Below, piece by piece: positions 43,975-53,337 of a stretch of DNA of 64,000 bases. How positions within the stretch are numbered: position 1 is the first letter of the stretch; the number at the start of each line of letters is the position of its first letter. The position numbers and the translations under genes are program-made. The stretch is from Myxococcota bacterium (GTDB lineage: Bacteria > Myxococcota_A > Polyangia > Polyangiales > Ga0077539): NCBI GenBank assembly GCA_052035985.1, contig JBPOHC010000544.1:1597-65596 (forward strand), read 5' to 3'. The notes below the pieces were generated by a model. It saw only the letters and a list, made by a program, of their open reading frames with translations, did not search any database and was not told where the DNA came from.

Positions 43975-44541
43975 CTACAGCGCCAGGGCGCGGAAGTACA
44001 AGACCGTGGAGATCTTCGCGTCGAAGGAGCGGGGGCGACCGGCCGCGGCGGGGACGCGGATGCCGACCTTGAAGCTCCCCTGGACGAGGTCGTTGTTGAT
44101 GGGGGCGAGGGTGTCGCGCGTGGCGGTGATGGTGACGTCGACGGGCCCTGCGCCGCGGGGCTGCGCGACGGTGCCGATGTTCACCGTCACCCCCGAGTTC
44201 GCGAGGTAGAGCACCAGCGGCCCGCCGAGGAACTGTTCGAATGAGGTCACGCCCGTGGTGTCGCGCGCGAGGGTGAGGGTCACGCGATCGACGAGCACCG
44301 CGGCGGGGGCGCGGCCGAGCACCGCGCGAGCCGTCTGGAGAAAGGCTCCGTAGGGGTTGCCCGACTCCGTGCTCACGGACTTGTCGGAGTCGAAGGCGTC
44401 GTTGCGGGCGTCGCCGTCCTTGAACTTGTCGACGTTGATCGCGACGGGACCCGAGTAGTTCACCGTGTTCGCCGAGGTGGAGTCATCGCCGCAGCCGATG
44501 AGCGCGACGGCCAGGAGCGTGGGAAGAGCGCGGTGGAGCAT
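43975..44541 (-). CDS. hypothetical lipoprotein (188 aa)
   Basis: MLHRALPTLLAVALIGCGDD lipobox. Normal composition. 13 nt upstream of the ykgJ-like gene. Confidence 0.7.
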   Translation of the reverse strand: MLHRALPTLLAVALIGCGDDSTSANTVNYSGPVAINVDKFKDGDARNDAFDSDKSVSTESGNPYGAFLQTARAVLGRAPAAVLVDRVTLTLARDTTGVTSFEQFLGGPLVLYLANSGVTVNIGTVAQPRGAGPVDVTITATRDTLAPINNDLVQGSFKVGIRVPAAAGRPRSFDAKISTVLYFRALAL

Positions 44542-44632
44542 CGTCGTTGGGCGTCCTTTCGAAGAGCGTGAGGAGCGTGATGAGGGTGGGGCGCAGAGGC
44601 CCTACCAGTGTGGAGCACCAGACGCATGGACG

Positions 44633-45958
44633 TCAGGGCTTCGAGATTCTTCTCGGGGGGGCCTTCAAGCCGTAGCGCTCCATCTTGTAGATCAGCGCGC
44701 GGCGGGAAATTCCGAGCGTGACGGCGGCGTGTGACTGGTTTCCTCCGTGGTCTTGGAGGGCCGCGGCGATGGCCTCGCGCTCGACCTCGTCGACCATCGA
44801 GCGCAGGGGTGCGTGCTCGTCGCGCGCGGGGCGGACCTTGCCCTTCATCGTGGCCGGGAGGTGCTCGGGGCGCAGCGCTCCGCCGTCGGCCATCGCGATG
44901 GCGCCCTCGATGGCGTTGCGCAGCTCCCTTGCGTTGCCCGGCCACTCGTAGCGCACGAGCACGTCGGCGGTCTCGGGGGTGATCACGTATCCGCCGCCGC
45001 GCTCCGCGATCACGCGCTCGGCCAGCGGGATGATGTCCCTCGGTCGCTCCCTGAGCGGCGGCACGGTGATGGTCACGCCGTTGAGTCGAAAATAGAGGTC
45101 CTCGCGGAAGCGCCCGTGGGCGAGCTCCGCGGCGAGGTCGCGGTTGGTGGCCGCCACGACGCGCACGTCGACGGCCGTGGGCTGCGTCGCCCCGATGCGC
45201 ACCACCGCGCGCTCCTCGAGCACCCGGAGCAGTCGCGCCTGATTCGACGCCGAGAGCTCTCCCACCTCATCGAGGAGGAGCACGCCGCCGTGCGCCGCTT
45301 CGAACACCCCGGCCTTGCGCTCCACGGCGCCCGTGAAGCTCCCGCGCTCGTGTCCGAAGAGCTCGCTCTCGGCCAGCGACTCGGGGAGGCTCGCGCAGTT
45401 GATCGCCACGAAGGGCGCCTTCGCGCGCGCGCTCGCCCTGTGGAGCAGCCTCGCGACGACCTCCTTGCCGCTGCCCGTCTCGCCCTGCACCAGCACCGGG
45501 AGCTCGTGCGACGCGAGCCTGCGCACCATCGCGAAGAGCTGCTGCGTCGCGGGGTCCGCCGCCACCACGTCGTCGTCGACGGGCTCCGCGGGCTCCGCGC
45601 GCTTCGAGCGTTCGAGGGGCACGTAGACCACCCGCGTGCTGCCCACGCGCACGATCGACCCCGGCGCCACCGTCGAGACCGCGGTCACCTTCCGGTCGTC
45701 GAGCCACGTCCCGTTGCTGCTCCCGAGGTCGCGCAGGAGCACGTGATCGCCGCGATAGAAGAGCTGCGCGTGCTGCCGCGACGTGCGCAGGTCGTCGAGG
45801 CGAACGTCCTGATCTTCACCGCGTCCGATGCGCAGCGACTTGCCGCGCGCGAGGAGCACCACGCGCGGAGGATGACCGGGCTCCTCCACGATGAAGCGTG
45901 CCGAGGGGGCCGAGTCGAGGCTGGCGATCGAGTCCGATGTGGTGTCCGTGGGTTCCAT
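44633..45958 (-). CDS. sigma54-dependent transcriptional activator with N-terminal FHA domain (441 aa)
   Basis: Start MEPTDTT. FHA (LRIGRGEDQDVRLDDLRTSRQHAQL...LRDLGSSNGTWL). AAA+ (GETGSGKE, ESELFGHERGSFTGA, VRVVAATN). Fis-type HTH (NQSHAAVTLGISRRALIYKMERYGL). Confidence 0.9.
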   Translation of the reverse strand: MEPTDTTSDSIASLDSAPSARFIVEEPGHPPRVVLLARGKSLRIGRGEDQDVRLDDLRTSRQHAQLFYRGDHVLLRDLGSSNGTWLDDRKVTAVSTVAPGSIVRVGSTRVVYVPLERSKRAEPAEPVDDDVVAADPATQQLFAMVRRLASHELPVLVQGETGSGKEVVARLLHRASARAKAPFVAINCASLPESLAESELFGHERGSFTGAVERKAGVFEAAHGGVLLLDEVGELSASNQARLLRVLEERAVVRIGATQPTAVDVRVVAATNRDLAAELAHGRFREDLYFRLNGVTITVPPLRERPRDIIPLAERVIAERGGGYVITPETADVLVRYEWPGNARELRNAIEGAIAMADGGALRPEHLPATMKGKVRPARDEHAPLRSMVDEVEREAIAAALQDHGGNQSHAAVTLGISRRALIYKMERYGLKAPPRRISKP

Positions 45959-45963
45959 CGAGG

Positions 45964-45976
45964 TGTGGAGTCCACA
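45964..45976. promoter_or_regulatory. perfect 13-bp palindrome TGTGGA-G-TCCACA abutting the bEBP start codon
   Basis: Lies 6-18 nt upstream of ATG 45958. The loop is too short for an RNA hairpin, so a DNA operator is more likely. Confidence 0.35.
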
Positions 45977-46109
45977 TTGCAATCCGTCGACCGCGGCGAA
46001 GAGCCTCGAAAATCCCTTGAAAACAAGCTTCTCCGGCGCGCATCACCCGTGGCGGGTGTCCGTACGCTGCGCTCCGGTCAGTGCATGTCTCGTACAGGGG
46101 AGAGTGCGA

Positions 46110-47048
<939 letters not shown>

Positions 47049-47067
47049 CGCGCGCGAACCGTACGGC

Positions 47068-47081
47068 GAACCCGCGGGTTC
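47068..47081 (-). promoter_or_regulatory. 14-bp palindrome GAACCCGCGGGTTC in the pyrR-pyrB spacer
   Basis: Perfect palindrome in a 46-nt intergenic spacer. As RNA it gives a 5-bp stem with a CGCG loop. Confidence 0.3.
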
Positions 47082-47094
47082 CTCCAAGAGGTCG

Positions 47095-47667
47095 TCATCG
47101 ATTCGTGGCGCGCGCGGCGAGCACGTACACCGCGTCGGGCTCTCCCTCGACGTCGACGCGCACATCGACGCGCTCGTCGCGCGCGGTCTCGACCACCTTG
47201 CCCGCGTAGTCGGGCTGCACGGGCAGCTCGCGGTGCCCGCGGTCGACGAGAGCCGCGAGCTGGATCGCGCGAGGGCGGCCGTAGTCCATGATCGCGTCGA
47301 TGGCCGCGCGGGTCGTGCGCCCCGTGAAGAGCACGTCGTCGACGAGCACGATGGTGTGGTCTTCGACGACGAAATCGATCTCGCTGCGGCCGATGCGGGG
47401 GTCGGGCAGCGCCGTCGCCGCGTCGTCGCGGTAGAGCGTGATGTCGACGCTCCCCACGGGCACCTCGCGCCCCTCGCTCTCTCGGAGATACGCCGCGAGG
47501 CGCCGCGCCAGCGGGACCCCGCCGCGCCGCACGCCCACGAGCGCCACGCCCGCCGTGCCCCGGTTCCGCTCGGCGATCTCGCCCGCCATGCGCCGCAGCG
47601 CGCGCGCGATCTCGTGCTCGTCGAGCACCCGTCGCGGGCTGGACCCCTCTTCGCTCTGTGTGGTCAT
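47095..47667 (-). CDS. pyrR: bifunctional pyr operon regulator / uracil phosphoribosyltransferase PyrR (190 aa)
   Basis: PRPP-binding loop [28 protein letters not shown]. Sits directly upstream of pyrB. Confidence 0.9.
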   Translation of the reverse strand: MTTQSEEGSSPRRVLDEHEIARALRRMAGEIAERNRGTAGVALVGVRRGGVPLARRLAAYLRESEGREVPVGSVDITLYRDDAATALPDPRIGRSEIDFVVEDHTIVLVDDVLFTGRTTRAAIDAIMDYGRPRAIQLAALVDRGHRELPVQPDYAGKVVETARDERVDVRVDVEGEPDAVYVLAARATNR

Positions 47668-47668
47668 C

Positions 47669-47696
47669 GGCGCGCGAGACTACCGCAACGCGCGCC
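47669..47696 (-). promoter_or_regulatory. 8-bp perfect GC hairpin ending 1 nt before the pyrR start codon
   Basis: Minus strand: GGCGCGCG-uugcgguagucu-CGCGCGCC-g-AUG. There is no recognisable SD outside the stem. Confidence 0.35.
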
Positions 47697-47716
47697 TTTG
47701 AGAACCGTGTGTGTGA

Positions 47717-48805
47717 TCAAGCCCCGCGCGCGGCGGCGTCGGCCTCGCGCGCGCCTTCGAGCGCGGATTGAACCTCGGCCTCGAGCTCCGCGAGGGCCTC
47801 TCTCGTCGACGCGTCGCGCGCGCTGGCCTCAGCTCCGATCGACTCGTCGAGGCGCTGCGAGAGGGCCATGAGGTACTCGTGCACCTCTCCGATGCGGGCC
47901 TCGGCGCGCTCGGACTCGCGTGACCACCGCGCGAGCCGCTCGATCTGCTCGTCGACGAGCGCCACGGCGCGCGCGCCCTCCGCGACGCCCTTCGCCACCT
48001 GCGCCGCCGCGGCCTCGCGACGGATGTTGAGCCCCGCGCGGTCTGTCGAAGCGACCCTCGCGCGGAGCCTGTCTCGCAGCGACGCGAGCTCGTCGGCGTG
48101 CTTGACCAGCGCGTCGATCGAAGGGACGAGCTGCCGGTGCACGGGGTCGCCCGACGCGAGCCTCGCGCGCACCTTCGCGGCCGTGCGGTGCAGCTTCGCC
48201 TCGGGGGTCTGTGACCTGCGACGCAGCGTGCTCGCGAGGCCGAGACCCGCCGCGAGGATCACCGCGCTCACGCCGAGCGCCGTGCCGTAGCGCACGAAGA
48301 ACGGAGGCGCCGCGAGGGGCGTGGAGTCGGGGTTGAGCACCTCGAGCGTGACCTCGCCCGACACCGTGCGCGCGAAGTCTGCCACGGCGAGCATTCGCGT
48401 CTGCGCCAGCGGGAGGAGCCGCAGCGGGAGGCACGGCGACGACACCCGCGCCTCGACGCACGCGGGCCCCGGGTTGCCCGTCGCCGCGAGCCTGAATGCG
48501 TGCGCGCGGAGGTCGCGAGAGACGACCGTCCAGCCGCCCGCTTCGACGTCGTAGAGACCGCCGAGCACGGGCGCGCCTTCGCCCTCGACGCCCGCGGCGC
48601 CGGGGCGCGAGGTGAGCGCGTCGATGATCGAGCCGTCGTGGGACGAGCGCACGGAGCCGCGCACGATGACCTCACCGCCGGGGTCGACGGCGACGGGGCG
48701 TGCCACCTCGGTGATCGAGAGCGACACGCGGGGGTGCTCCTGCGCGAGCGCGAACGTGGGGGCGCTGAGAGCCGCCGCGAGGGCGATGGCGTGGCGCGGG
48801 ATCAA
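47717..48805 (-). CDS. hypothetical secreted/membrane protein with C-terminal coiled coil (362 aa)
   Basis: TTG start in a TTGA overlap with the upstream stop. Signal peptide MIPRHAIALAAALSAPTFALAQ. One TM (ALGVSAVILAAGLGLA). Long Ala/Arg/Glu helical tail. Confidence 0.7.
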   Translation of the reverse strand: MIPRHAIALAAALSAPTFALAQEHPRVSLSITEVARPVAVDPGGEVIVRGSVRSSHDGSIIDALTSRPGAAGVEGEGAPVLGGLYDVEAGGWTVVSRDLRAHAFRLAATGNPGPACVEARVSSPCLPLRLLPLAQTRMLAVADFARTVSGEVTLEVLNPDSTPLAAPPFFVRYGTALGVSAVILAAGLGLASTLRRRSQTPEAKLHRTAAKVRARLASGDPVHRQLVPSIDALVKHADELASLRDRLRARVASTDRAGLNIRREAAAAQVAKGVAEGARAVALVDEQIERLARWSRESERAEARIGEVHEYLMALSQRLDESIGAEASARDASTREALAELEAEVQSALEGAREADAAARGA

Positions 48806-50784
48806 TGGAGCATCCCCTGTCCAGAGGTGTTGAGGAGGAGCGCGAGGGCGAGGGGCTCGCTCATTCCGCCGGTGCCGCCGAGGAGGTTGCGGAGGCGATC
48901 GACGCGCGACGCGTCCGCCGCGAGGCGGGGCTCGTGAAGGGCCGCGCTCGCAGCGCGGAGGAGCGACGCGCGCTCGTTGAGGAGGGCCGAGGCCTCCGCG
49001 GTTCCGCCGCTGCCGACGAGCCGCGCGGCGCGCACGAGGGTCTCGCCCGCGTCGAAGCCCTGCACCGAGCGGAGCACCGACGGATCCGCCGTCGCTACGC
49101 TGGCCGCGTCGGAGTCCGCGTAGCGCGCGCGCACCGGGGACTCATCCGTCACGTTGCGCCGCGTGAGCCTGTCTTTGTAGCGCAGCTCGACGGTCGCGAT
49201 GGCCCGCGCGCCGACGCCCGCGGGCACGTCGAGCCCGAGCAGGATCACGTGCTGATCGTCGCGCGCGAAGCCCGGGATGAAGAAGCGCATCCCCCCTTCG
49301 GCGTCGCTCTGGCGGTCGCGCGCGATGCGGTCACGTCGCGCGGTCTGGTCGTCGACGGCGACCTCCTGCGCGCGCACCTGGGCGGCCTCGTTCACGTCGA
49401 GGCGACGCGATCCGTAGGTCTGCGTGAGCCGCACGTCGGGGCGCAATCGAACGCGGATTTCGACGGCCTGCGCGACGGGCTGGAGCCTGCTCTCGAGCTC
49501 CGTGGCGAGCGCCTGCGCGATGCCCTGCGAGTCGCGGACGTAGTAGTACCCGCCCGCTCCCTGCTGCGCGACGCCGCTCATGAGGTTGCCGTCGTAGTCG
49601 TCGCCGACGCCGAAGGAGCTGGTCTGTACGCCGGTCTGAAACGCCCTGCCCGCCATGGCGCCGATGGCCTCGGCGTCGGTCTCGCCCGCGTTGGGGCGTC
49701 CGTCGGAGAGCAGCATCACGAGCTTCACCCACTCGGGCGCCTGCGGGCCCCGCGCGGCCTCGGCGTATCCGAGCTCGAGGCCGCCCGAGATGTTCGTCCC
49801 GCCTTCGAGCTGGAGCCCCGCGATCGTGTCGAGGATCTGCTGGCGGCGCGGTCCCACGAGCCCTTCGGGGACGCGCACCGAGGCCGTCGCGCCGAAGGCC
49901 ACGAGCGAGAAGTGGTCCGTGGGTTCGAGGCGAGAGACGAGGTCTTGCGCCGCGCGGCGGGCGTTCTCGATGGAGGGCCCCGCCATGGAGTTGCTCACGT
50001 CGAGCACGACGTGAACGGACATCGGGGGACGCGCCGTGGCGGCCGTCGCGCTGGAGCGGAGCGCGATGCGGAGGTGCGTCGGTCCGCCCGAGGGCGCGAG
50101 GGCCGAGCGTTCGAGGTCGACGCGCCACGCGAGCGCTTGCGTCGTAGGCGCGGGCATCTCGGGCGCGTACCGGCTGCCTACGTCGCCGACGAGCTCGCGC
50201 GACTCGCGAGGGAGCTCGCCGCGCGCGAGGGAGGCTTCGAAGCCCGCGAGGTGCCCGCGGCCGGGGCGGTACGTGGTGGCGAAGCGTCCGTTGGGGTCGA
50301 TGGTGGGGAGCGTGATCGAGGTTCCCGCGGGGGCGCCGGGGCCCGCGTTGATCATCCCGAAGCCCTGCGGCGCGGGGATGCGCATCGCCGTGGTGGGCGC
50401 CGTCGCCGCGGGGGGCTGAAACGCAGGGAGGCCGCCGAGCCCGTGGGCGCTGTCGGCGCTCATCGCGCGGCGCCCGGGGCGAGCCGCGGGCATCGGGGCT
50501 GCGGCGTTGTTGAAGCGACCGTCGCCGCCTCCGCCCGAGGCGCCCACGCGCGCGGCTCGCTCTGCGGGCGCAGGATCGGCGACCGTCGGCGCGCGCTGAA
50601 GGGAGGGGGGCGGAGACGTGGGCGTGGCGGTTGCCGTGGCGGTGTGCTCGCTCTCTCCGAGGCTCGAGATCTGGTTCGCTCCGCGGTTGATCCGTGTGGA
50701 CACAGAGCCCTTGTCGCACGCGGCGAGGCAGGCGAGGCCCGAGGCGAAGAGGACGGCGAAACTCCGAGGGGTCTTGTGGTTCAC
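48802..50784 (-). CDS. von Willebrand factor type A (VWA) domain lipoprotein (~660 aa)
   Basis: GTG 50784 (or 50790) preceded by GGGAGGAG. VNHKTPRSFAVLFASGLACLAAC lipobox. MIDAS VVLDVSNSM...GGTN...LLSDG. The upstream 250 codons of the track ORF are junk. Confidence 0.85.
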   Translation of the reverse strand: MNHKTPRSFAVLFASGLACLAACDKGSVSTRINRGANQISSLGESEHTATATATPTSPPPSLQRAPTVADPAPAERAARVGASGGGGDGRFNNAAAPMPAARPGRRAMSADSAHGLGGLPAFQPPAATAPTTAMRIPAPQGFGMINAGPGAPAGTSITLPTIDPNGRFATTYRPGRGHLAGFEASLARGELPRESRELVGDVGSRYAPEMPAPTTQALAWRVDLERSALAPSGGPTHLRIALRSSATAATARPPMSVHVVLDVSNSMAGPSIENARRAAQDLVSRLEPTDHFSLVAFGATASVRVPEGLVGPRRQQILDTIAGLQLEGGTNISGGLELGYAEAARGPQAPEWVKLVMLLSDGRPNAGETDAEAIGAMAGRAFQTGVQTSSFGVGDDYDGNLMSGVAQQGAGGYYYVRDSQGIAQALATELESRLQPVAQAVEIRVRLRPDVRLTQTYGSRRLDVNEAAQVRAQEVAVDDQTARRDRIARDRQSDAEGGMRFFIPGFARDDQHVILLGLDVPAGVGARAIATVELRYKDRLTRRNVTDESPVRARYADSDAASVATADPSVLRSVQGFDAGETLVRAARLVGSGGTAEASALLNERASLLRAASAALHEPRLAADASRVDRLRNLLGGTGGMSEPLALALLLNTSGQGMLH

Positions 50785-50985
50785 GAGCACGGTCTCCTCC
50801 CACGCGATAGGTGGTGTCGCTGCGTCGCTCGGACGGAGGCGTCGCGGCGATGGTTCCCTGATGACAAGGAGATCGTCGAGGGAATTGGGTGGAGCCGCGC
50901 TTCTCAGCGGTTCGGAGAGAATCGCGCGGCGCGAAGGACCTTCGCTTGACCTGTGAGCGAGCGACGCGATAGGCCATTGTCTGTC

Positions 50986-52608
50986 ATGCCCCGACGCGTC
51001 CTCGTCGTCGACGACAGCGCGACCTTGCGTCGGATCATGCGCCTCGTCCTCGAGGGGGCGGGGCACGAGGTCGAGACCGCCGCGGACGGCGCCGAGGGCC
51101 TCGAGCTCGCGCAGCGCGACCGCTTCGACCTCGTGCTCGTCGATTTCGTGATGCCGCGGCTCAACGGCTATCAGTTCGTGCAGGCGATGCGGTCGATCCC
51201 GGCGCTCCAGCGGCTCCCCGTGGTGCTCGTGTCGGCGAAGGCCGAGCAGATCGGCGAGCGCTTCATCAGCCAGACGGGGGCGACGGAGGTCGTTCAGAAG
51301 CCCTTCACGCCTGACGAGCTCACCTCCGCGGTCTCGCGCGCCCTCAACCGCGGCGCGCCGCCCGAAGAAGAAGACCCCTTCGCGGGGTTGATCCTCGATG
51401 ACGACGAGCCTCCGACGGGCTCGCGGTCGAACCCCGATCAGCGCTTTCACGACGCGCGCACGGTGGCCCTCCAGGGCTTCGGCCCCGCCGTGAAGGCCGC
51501 CGCGGCCGCGCTCGCCGCGAGGGTCAAGGAGCCCGCCTCGGCGGTTCATCCGCGCTCGTCGTCGGCGTCATCGGCGCCCGCGGCTGCGCCCGCCACCGCG
51601 CCCGCGCCGCCGCTCACGGTCCAGCCCCCGAGGCCGCAGGTCTCGACGGGGTCGCACGTGGCGCAGATCCCGTCGCGCTCGGCCGTCGAAGCCGCGCACG
51701 GTCGCTTCACCGAGCTCCTCGCGAAGGAGCTCGTCCCCGCGTTTCAAGACGTGGCCGACACGCGCATGGAGGTGACCGAAGAGGCCGTCCTCCAGATCCT
51801 TCGGTTCTACCTCCCGGCGACGCGGGTCGCGGGCCTCTACAGGGAGCTCCGGCCCCTCGAAGCGGGCCTCCGGGGCAACGTGGTGCTCGACGGTCTCATC
51901 GAGTCGGTGCCGCTCGGAGAGGTCTTTCAGCTCCTCGCGTTCCAGTCGCAGACGGGGCTCCTCGTGGTCGATCGCGGGTCCGAGGGAGCGGCCTCGGTGA
52001 CCTTCGCGCTCCGCAACGGGCGCGTCGACCTCGCCGTCGGTCGCGGCCTCGCGGACGAGTTTCGCCTCGGGCGCTACCTCGTCGAGACGGGGGTGGTGTC
52101 ACGCTCTCACATCGACGCGGTGATCGCCTCGCTCTCGGGGCAGCGCGTGCTGCTCGGACAGGCCCTCGTCACGGGCGGATTCATCCGTGAGAGAGACCTC
52201 GAGCGCGCCCTGGAGAGACAGACCTGCGAGATGCTCTACGAGGTGGTGCGCTGGTCGGGCGGACGCTTTCGCTTCGAAGCGGGCTCGACGCTCGGTGAGG
52301 CACAGCTCGCGCGGCTCGGGCTGCCGAGCGAGGGCTTCGTGCTCGAAGGCTACAGGCGCCTCGACGAGTGGAGGATGATCGGCGAGTACCTCCCGTCGGA
52401 CAGGATGGTCTTCGCGCGCGACGAGTCGGTGGTGTCGGCGCTGCCGAGGCATGAGCTCCACGTGAACGAGCAGCGGGTGCTCGACGCGATCGACGGGGCC
52501 CGCTCGGTGCGCGACGTCGTCGACGCCGTGTGCATGAGCTCCTTCGACGCGTGCAAGATCCTCTATCGGCTGCTCCAGGCGAGGCTCGTCGCGCCCGTCG
52601 CGGCGTAG
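50986..52608 (+). CDS. response regulator receiver + Pro/Ala linker + DUF4388-like domain protein (540 aa)
   Basis: MPRRVLVVDDS...DLVLVDFVMPRLNG...KPF receiver. C-terminal GLIESVPLGEVFQLLAFQSQTGLLVV (DUF4388-like). Confidence 0.85.
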   Translation: MPRRVLVVDDSATLRRIMRLVLEGAGHEVETAADGAEGLELAQRDRFDLVLVDFVMPRLNGYQFVQAMRSIPALQRLPVVLVSAKAEQIGERFISQTGATEVVQKPFTPDELTSAVSRALNRGAPPEEEDPFAGLILDDDEPPTGSRSNPDQRFHDARTVALQGFGPAVKAAAAALAARVKEPASAVHPRSSSASSAPAAAPATAPAPPLTVQPPRPQVSTGSHVAQIPSRSAVEAAHGRFTELLAKELVPAFQDVADTRMEVTEEAVLQILRFYLPATRVAGLYRELRPLEAGLRGNVVLDGLIESVPLGEVFQLLAFQSQTGLLVVDRGSEGAASVTFALRNGRVDLAVGRGLADEFRLGRYLVETGVVSRSHIDAVIASLSGQRVLLGQALVTGGFIRERDLERALERQTCEMLYEVVRWSGGRFRFEAGSTLGEAQLARLGLPSEGFVLEGYRRLDEWRMIGEYLPSDRMVFARDESVVSALPRHELHVNEQRVLDAIDGARSVRDVVDAVCMSSFDACKILYRLLQARLVAPVAA

Positions 52609-52631
52609 TGCGAACTGGTCACGACAGGGGC

Positions 52632-52660
52632 TTGACGCGGCGAACGACCTTCCGTAGGGT
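52632..52660 (+). promoter_or_regulatory. sigma70-like promoter candidate for rplU-rpmA
   Basis: TTGACG (52632-52637), a 17-nt spacer, then TAGGGT (52655-52660). Confidence 0.4.
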
Positions 52661-52690
52661 CTGCGCCCCTTCCGTCGGCTCCGTGCGGGA

Positions 52691-52725
52691 AATTCCTCGT
52701 ACAGCCGGGACAACCTGGAGGAATT
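52691..52725 (+). promoter_or_regulatory. SD-sequestering hairpin in the rplU leader
   Basis: AAUUCCUC (52691-52698) is perfectly complementary to GAGGAAUU (52718-52725). The latter contains the GGAGGA SD 7 nt before AUG 52729. The loop is 19 nt. Confidence 0.4.
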
Positions 52726-52728
52726 CTC

Positions 52729-53040
52729 ATGTACGCCGTCATTCAGACGGGTGGAAAGCAGTACCGCGTGGCCCCGGGCGATCGACTCCGTGTCGAGAAG
52801 CTCCCGGGTGATCGTGGCGCCACCGTCACGTTCGACAATGTTCTCATGGTGGGTGGCGAAGGCGCCGCTCGCGTTGGCAAGCCCACCGTCGCGGGCGTCA
52901 AGGTCACCGCGCAGATCACCGCGCAGGACCGCGCCAAGAAGATCATCGTCTTCAAGCTGAAGCGCCGCAAGAACTACCGCCGCAAGCACGGCCACCGTCA
53001 GTACTACACCGAACTTCACATCACCGGCATCGAGGGCTGA
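52729..53040 (+). CDS. rplU: 50S ribosomal protein L21
   Basis: [14 protein letters not shown]...[22 protein letters not shown]. Confidence 0.95.
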   Translation: MYAVIQTGGKQYRVAPGDRLRVEKLPGDRGATVTFDNVLMVGGEGAARVGKPTVAGVKVTAQITAQDRAKKIIVFKLKRRKNYRRKHGHRQYYTELHITGIEG

Positions 53041-53046
53041 AGCGCC

Positions 53047-53334
53047 ATGGCACACAAAAAAGGTCAGGGGTCCTCTCGCAACGGGCGCGACAGCAGCGCG
53101 CAGTTCCGTGGCGTGAAGGTCTTCGGCGGCGAAGAGGTCCGCGCTGGCAACATCATCGTGCGCCAGGTGGGCAGCCTCTTTCACGCCGGTCGTAACGTCG
53201 GCACCGGCAAGGACTGGACGCTCTTCGCCCTCGTCGACGGCATCGTGAAGTACGAGCGCAAGGGCCGCGATCGTCAGAAGATCGTCGTGATCCCGCTCGC
53301 CGCCGCGACCGCCGCCGCCACGCCCGCCTCCTGA
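53047..53334 (+). CDS. rpmA: 50S ribosomal protein L27
   Basis: [28 protein letters not shown]... Confidence 0.95.
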   Translation: MAHKKGQGSSRNGRDSSAQFRGVKVFGGEEVRAGNIIVRQVGSLFHAGRNVGTGKDWTLFALVDGIVKYERKGRDRQKIVVIPLAAATAAATPAS

Positions 53335-53337
53335 GCG

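Noticed and set aside
43477-44632. sigma54 promoter candidates upstream of the kinase gene (TGGCAT-cgaag-TGAC) and the lipoprotein gene (TGGTGC...)
   Set aside because: The -12 GC dinucleotide is absent at the required GG-N10-GC spacing in both, so they do not meet the minimal consensus.
47049-47716. Canonical PyrR-binding loop (UCCAGAGAGG-type) in the pyr leaders
   Set aside because: I searched both spacers on the mRNA strand by eye and found no such sequence. Only generic GC hairpins are present, so no riboregulator feature of known class is annotated.
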